This document shows positions 56,758 to 64,000 of a stretch of DNA of 64,000 nucleotides, in pieces. Each line of letters opens with the position of its first letter. Within the stretch, counting starts at the first letter, position 1. The notes beneath the pieces were generated by a model. It saw only the letters and a program-made list of their open reading frames with translations. It did no database searches and had not been told where the DNA came from. Where the stretch lies: positions 372,001 through 436,000 of the forward strand of contig NGBS01000583.1 in the NCBI GenBank assembly GCA_002245135.1, written 5' to 3'. This DNA comes from Proteromonas lacertae (lineage: Eukaryota). A program made the position numbers and the translations under genes.

Positions 56758-59700
56758 TTAAAACTCTGGAATTGCCTCATTTCCATTTTCTGTTGTTGTT
56801 TCATTTTTATTCTCTTTTTCAAAGACATTATCATCATCTATTTTAGGATTTTCTATTGTTTCTTTGTCTTTATTTTCATTTTCAACTGTTTCTCCTTCCA
56901 TTTTCTCATTTTCATTATTTATTCCAGTTGATACATCATTCTCATTATACTCTTTATATGTTTCTCCATAATCATTCTCAAAGAAATCTCTCTGATTCTC
57001 ATCATTAACATAGTAGCAATTCTCATTTTCAGTGTTTTCTTGCTCTCTTGGACTTTTCTTAACCATAAATAGTCTCAATTTATAACAATGATAAGCTTGA
57101 AGTATAGTACAAACAGATTGATAATGTTTAATGCTATATTCAATATCATAATCACTAATCTTTTTGATCTTCTTAAACTTCTTTTTCCATGCTTTATTAG
57201 CTCTATGATCAATAGGTAAATCTAAATCAAAGTTTTCTACTCCTTTTTCTCTCAATTCATCTTCAAGAATACGTCTTGCACATGCCAAAGTAACATCACT
57301 AAAATAAACACGAGGTTCTTCATTACCATGTTTATACATAGGAATTCTCATATTAGCGATTCTTCTTCTCAGATCTTGACCAATTACATTTGGACCAAAT
57401 CCCATTGGTGGAGGTATTAACATGAATAAATCATCAATTATAGAGAGAGGAATGTAACATTTAGCATCAGGATCAAATTGATTCCAAGCTTCTACAAATT
57501 CATCATGTTGTTCTGGTGTTAATTTTGCATTTTCTTCACTATTTATATCACCAAATCCATCCATAATAACTCCAATAAACAACTGCAATAATATCCATGA
57601 AACTATTACAGTAAATGAAAAGAAGAAAACATATGCCAAATCAGTACCACATCCATCTAATGGAGTACAACCATCAAAATCATTATAACCACACATTGAT
57701 TCATTATATTGAATATTATTATTGCAATTACTAGTTCTACAATTATCATACATTATTAAATCCCACACTTCCCCTGTTGAACAACGAACTAATGTCAAAA
57801 ATGATCTTGGAAATGTTCTAAAGTTCATATAATCATTAACATAATCACCAGGTGCTACTGTAGCAAATAATTGCAATCCCATAATTGCATAAATGAAGAA
57901 AAATAGCAATAATATTCCACTGACATTAGCTAATGATGGTAATGTCAAAACTAAAGTATTAAACAAAGTTCTTAATGATTTAGCTGATTGAATTAAACGA
58001 AGAACTCTACCAATTCTAAATGTCCTAACAACCAACAAAATACTTAGATTTTTACTATTAATTGAATCTTTTAGTATAATGCCTACATCAGAACCAATAG
58101 TAACAAGAAAATCGAATATATTCCAACCATCATTGAAATATTGTTTCAAACCTAATCCAATTAGTTTTAATATCATTTCAATAGTAAATATAATACAAAA
58201 CACATAATTAAACACATCAATTATTTGTGTTAAGAGTTTTGGTTCACCAAAATGAGAAATCATCATCAAAATTGTATTACATATAATACAAATCATAATG
58301 AACCAATCAAATGTCTTTGTCATTATCAGATTAAAACATCTTTTTCTTAATCTTTGTTTGGGTCTTTTCATTGGTCTTCTTAACTTCATAGCTAATAATG
58401 CTTCTTGCAATTCAACCCATTCTCTTTGTTCGTCTGTCAAAAATGCATGGTCTTTACCAATCTTTCTTTTCATTGAATTGAAATTATCAACTACTACACC
58501 AACAAATAATTGAATAAAGAAGAAAGCACCAATTACAATGAATAACATAAAGAAGAAATACCAATACTTATTAGATTCAGGAATTGGTTGCATTCCTATT
58601 CCTCTTCCATCTATTCCAATATATGACATATCTTGCCATCCTTCAGTAGTAACCATTTGGAAAAATGTAGATAATGATTGGAAGATGTGATCATAATGTT
58701 CTGGACAATGATATCTATTCTTCCATTCACATCCTAACCATATACAAACAGCTTCAGATGTTTTCTTTGTATATCCTTCTGGTGATCCCCAAGATTTCTC
58801 TTCATCTGTTAGATTTGAATATAAACGAGGATAGAATATCAATTCTAATTTCTCATCATCTAAATTATCATACTTTTCACCTTGACATCCCCAATTATAA
58901 CCTTTAAAATAATTAGTACCAATCACAGAGAATATTAAGAAAGCCAAAAATGTGATTAAAAACACATTAATAATACCAGGAATTGAAGCAACTAATGCAT
59001 TTACAATCAATTTCAAACCAGGAAATCTACTAACAACTCTCAATGGTCTTAATGCTCTTAAAGTACGCAAAGATCTCAATGCTGTGAGATTTGAACTAAC
59101 ATCAACATTAGGTAATAATGCTAATATTGATACTATTATAACAAAACAATCTAGAACATTCCAAGCACTATGAAAATAACTATATCTACCAATAATCACA
59201 CCGAATGTAATCATTTTCATTACCATTTCTATAGTAAATAAAGTAGTCATAACTATATCCATAACGTTTAATACTTTATGAAGAGTACCATTTGGATTAT
59301 TCAATGGACTATCAATCGCTAATGACACAGAACTTATAACAATTAATACCAGAATAACTCTATCAAACCATTTATTCTGAACAATATCAGCGACATGTGA
59401 TCTTAACCAACTCTCTGGTGGTAATAAGAAAAATGCTTTTCCATCAATAGTAATCTCACATTCATCAGTTACTGAAACTGTTTGCATGAAATAATCATCA
59501 ACAGATGTATCACTACTTGTACTATTGTATGAACTTTGTGGTGTTATTAAGAATGATCTATGAGATTTAGTTGGAGATGAACTTCTAGATGATTTCATGG
59601 ATGTATTATTATTTGATTTTGCTTTCTCTTTCTCAGCTTTTTCTTTCATTTTCTCATCTAATTTCTTTTTCTTTAGAAATGCAGTTGCAGTCATATGTTT

Positions 59701-62600
59701 CAATGATTGTATTTCTTTAGCTTTCGGATCTAATTTAGGTAGATTATTAGATGATTCTTTACTCCTTAAATCATTAGTAGAAGAGTTATGATCTGTCTTT
59801 AAAGTAGGTCTTTCGCTTTCACTTTGTGCAGCAACAACACTTTTATTTTCTCTGTTAGAATTTAAATTAGTTATTCCACCAGGTCCCATACTCTTTCTCC
59901 TATACATTTTCTCTATTAATTGCTTTCTTGGAGTACTTGGAGCAGATGGAACTACACCACCAACACCACCATATCTATTCTCTTTTAATAATCCTTTTCC
60001 TGGAGTATTTCTCATTGACAAATGAGATTCCAACACATTCTTTTCACTTAAAGATGGTTTTATATCATTTTCACTATTTTTAGAAGATAATAATCCTGTT
60101 GCTAAACTACCTTTTGTTATTGATGAATGTGGTGATGAAACAGAATTCAATCTTGATGGAGCAGCAGAATCTGGTGTAATTTTTGGTGATTTTACACATA
60201 AACAACACAATCTATTTCGAATTGTATTAGCCATTGATTTAAATGATTGTAAATAAGAAGTCATAGAACTAGATTTATTCATTTCACTTTCGCCATTGAA
60301 ATTTCCTAACAAAATAGCCAAGAATAAGTTCAATAACATCCAATTACCAATAATAATCAAATTAAATGTGTAAAATTCACTAACCCATCCAGATCCTCTT
60401 CTTTGATCATACATTACTAAGTTGTAATTATCAATGGCTAAATGCTGAAATACAGTTTCAAAGGCATATAGAAATGAATCATAATGACATCTTGGAACAA
60501 CTGCACTACCATATTCAACAGTTCCTAAATCTACTTTGAAACCTGATATTTTATCAAATCTCAACTGATTAGCAAAGAATTGCATTCCCATTAAAGTTTC
60601 AACGAATATATAAATAACCAATAACAATAGAAAGTTAAGAATATCACCAACAGATCTGCTTAATGTTCTTATTAATTCCTGTAAAGATGTCCATGATCTA
60701 GCTAATTTAAATAAACGAACTAAACGTAATGTTCTTAAAGCAGATACACCTGAACTATTACCTTCTTCATTTCCAGTTATAAAACTTGGAGGATAAATTG
60801 ATAATTCAACAATACTGATTAGAACAATAACAGCATCAAATATATTGAAACCATCTTTACACCATAGTTTAGGACCCATTCCAATCAATTTTAATACCAA
60901 TTCCAACATAAATATCATTGTTAAAACAAAGTTAATATATTCAGCTGTAGTAGCAATAGCTTTTCTAGGAGGATACATATCCAATGATAATGTAACTGTG
61001 TTTATTAAAATGCAAAGAATTATAAAAGCTTCCATCTTTGAATTATGCATAAATCTAAATACATATCTTCTTATTAAATTAGGTTGATCATAAGCTTTCT
61101 CATATAATTGTGATGTTTGTGTTCTTAAATAAGATGAATGATTCTTTTTAAATTCAGCTTCAGCCCTTCTTTGGATATTTAATTCTTCTTGAGCTGATTC
61201 AAAGTTAGATGAAATAACTGCAAGTAGTAAGTTTAAAACAAAGAAATTACCAACTACTAACAGTGCTAAATACCATATTAATGGGATATATTCAGGATTA
61301 CTATCCATATAAACATACATCAAATCAGTCCAACCTTCAACAGTCAGTGTTTGAAGGAAAGGCATTGCTACATCTAATATAGTGTCATACTTTGGATAAC
61401 CATAACCAAATTCTTCATAAAACTCAGCTTCTTGCATATAATCCCTTTTATCATTAATAAATCTTTTATTACCATAAGTATCGTAGTTTGATGCACAATA
61501 CATATTATCAGGACAATAATAACCACCACCACTACTGGTTGAACATAATCTAATAGTATCTTGATCTGTTGGCCAAACACAAACACGAGGTATTCGCCAA
61601 GCTGATGATGCTTCATCCCATTCATCCATATCTAATGGAATTGTAGCAGATACATTACCATCATAATGACAATATGGATATAACTCTCTATTATTAATTA
61701 TATCATACACTATATGATCAGTTGGTTGTCCTGCTAAATACCATTCCATTTCTAAATCTGTATATTGGCTATAAAGTGTTCTATTTACTGTTACAGGATA
61801 TGGAGTTAATCGACATCTAAAATGACTGGTTCCTTTCATGAAATTTACACCTAAAATACCAAATATTACAAAAATAAAAATGACTAAAACCAAAACATTC
61901 ATTAAATCTGGTATTGAAGATAATAAAGCACCAACAATCAATTTCATTCGTGGTACTAGTAATTTATAATATTGAATATAATTAATATATATATACATCT
62001 ATTCAAACTACGTAATGGACGAAGTACTCTTAATGCTCTTAGAAATGACACTTTTGGTACACCTGGTACACTTGTCAATATGCCTGATATAACAACTACA
62101 AAATCTATCCAATTCCAACCATCACGAAGATAGGATCCCTTACCAAATATAAATCCCATTGCGATTATTTTCAAAACTGCTTCGCATATGAAGATTATAG
62201 TAAACGGAAGTTCTACATAATCCATAAGTGCATTTGCTAGAGATGTACAAGGCTCTAGTGTCTCTGGATTAATTCCATGGTATATAGGCTCCTATTGAAA
62301 ATATATTTACAAATAACAATACATTTTGATCTATAATAACACATTTATAATCTGATAAAGCCAAAAATATCGAATTTACTAAAATAAGGAACAATATGAA
62401 TGCATCAAAATATGGATGAGTTATAATATAGACCATAAATTTTCTAAACCTACTATCTTCATCAAACAGGAATAATGAATTATCTGCATATCGATACGAC
62501 TTCCCATGCATAAAAAAATTGTATGCACAGCTTTCTTCATATATTCTGCCCTTTCTATTGATATAAATACATTGCTATATACTTCTCCATTAAACTAATT
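56758..62600 (-). CDS. Four-domain voltage-gated Ca2+/Na+ channel alpha subunit
   Basis: Four S4 segments ([43 protein letters not shown]). Pore loops TVEGW, AIDNY, TTEGW, TGEVW. EF-hand-like [10 protein letters not shown]. 5' end not resolved. Confidence 0.95.
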
Positions 62601-62923
62601 TTTATATTTTCGTTATTTTGATTAACATGAGAAAAACTCGATCACTGTACTTTTTGATAACTATACATATACAACATCTTTTTCAAATCTATATTAGGAA
62701 TAGATTTAGAAAAAGAATAGTATATGAATTTAGACAATGCTATGTATTTCTGAAACAAATAAAATGAAAGAAGAATAAGTGTTCTATAGTTAAATCTAGG
62801 TTGTTTTGTTGTTTAAGTTGGTAGTTATTATGTCTTTATCGATATTTGAAACAAAATAATATAAACATCTATAATAAAATTTCTATAATTCAAAAAGAAA
62901 AACCCAATTACACACAACTACAA

Positions 62924-64000
62924 TCACATACTCTTCTGACTATTTCCAGCAGCTAATCCAGTTGCACTAGTACTTTGCATACCTGACATGGCAATAGCTA
63001 TACCAGATTTCATTCCACTATTACTACTATTATTACTTCTTACAGACACTACTTTAGATCTAAATACACCACCAAAACCAGCATTCTCCCATTGTGGAGG
63101 TTTGTCAAAACCATTGACGAGTAAAGCATTAAATTAAGAAATACAATTCAATTGATAAATATATAATAAATAAAAAAGATATAATATTCTCTACCACTTA
63201 TATAAATACCATCTTGCATCACTTTCATAAACACTGCACTTTGAGCTTGAGGTTCCATCTTTGCATAGTTATTATACCAATTCATTAATGTTTTAGCACC
63301 TTCAAAATGAGCTGATGATTGGAATGTATAAAATGCATTTACATTAATCAAATCTTCTATTTCAGTCATTGCTTTATCAAATATATCTAATGTTAAAACA
63401 CTTGATTCCATTTCTTTAGTTATTTGTTTTTTCATAGAATCATTAATATTGATTTCTAAATCACCTTTTTCAGATATAAATCTATTGTAAATATGAACAA
63501 TACATTCATGCATCAAATCTTCACCAATCTGATCTACTGAATTTCTTAATTCATTCACAGCTTCCCAAAATATGATATTTTCTTCTTGTAATAAATCTTT
63601 CATATGTTTTTGCAAATACATTCTAGTTATTGGATTTTTCAGTACTTGAGAAAACATGGATTTATTATCTGGTGAAATATCTGGATTTCTAAATAAAAAC
63701 CATTGTTTATATGGTGTTAAACCAATCATCACAAATATCAATAGGAATATAACAGCTACATAAATATAACCAATGACAACTTGATTTGGAAAACCATTTT
63801 CTCTAATAAATGAAGTTAATGGATTTATAAACAATATCAAACTACCAATACCACAAACTCTTGTTACTTGAAGAGTTGCTTTACCTAATTCAGCTTTGGA
63901 AGTCATAATCTTTACTGCATAACCTATATTGATAAGCGCAATTAACATCTAAATATATTATTATATATATTTATATACGATAAGAATATCTACAAAACCA
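62924..64000 (-). CDS. Membrane-anchored RGS-domain protein (7TM-RGS-like), 5' part outside window
   Basis: Hydrophobic helices followed by VLKNP..RMYL...EENIIFW...IYNRFI.....EININ...IFDKA..EIEDLI (RGS). Last exon ends TGA at 62924. Confidence 0.85.

Overview
Very AT-rich, gene-dense eukaryotic DNA with many tiny GT-AG introns (mostly about 26-45 nt) and very short intergenic spacers, so the ORF track breaks most genes into exon fragments. Micro-introns, TGTTTGT-like 3' elements and a PA14/Ig-repeat surface protein suggest a Blastocystis/Opalinata-like stramenopile (inference). About 21 protein genes were reconstructed by hand: three paralogous helical-repeat genes, a PPR protein, a frameshifted intronless Hsp70-like gene, an ABCB transporter, GON4L/DUO3-like, SRPK, Rab6, RsfS/MALSU1-like, an HMG-like protein, a SAM-kinesin-13, a permuted NlpC/P60-cNMP-membrane fusion, a double-AAA ATPase, a CHORD protein, a large PA14/Ig adhesin, a NEK-like kinase, a four-domain Cav/Nav-type channel and a TM-RGS protein. 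Signals outside the ORF track: a minus-strand cluster of at least three box C/D snoRNAs with rRNA-complementary guides (27.5-27.8 kb), apparently in a ~460-nt intron of a non-coding host, and a recurring orientation-independent TC(A/G)AGC(C/T) motif about 25-45 bp from start codons. Exon boundaries and family assignments were made by eye from remembered motifs, without database searches.
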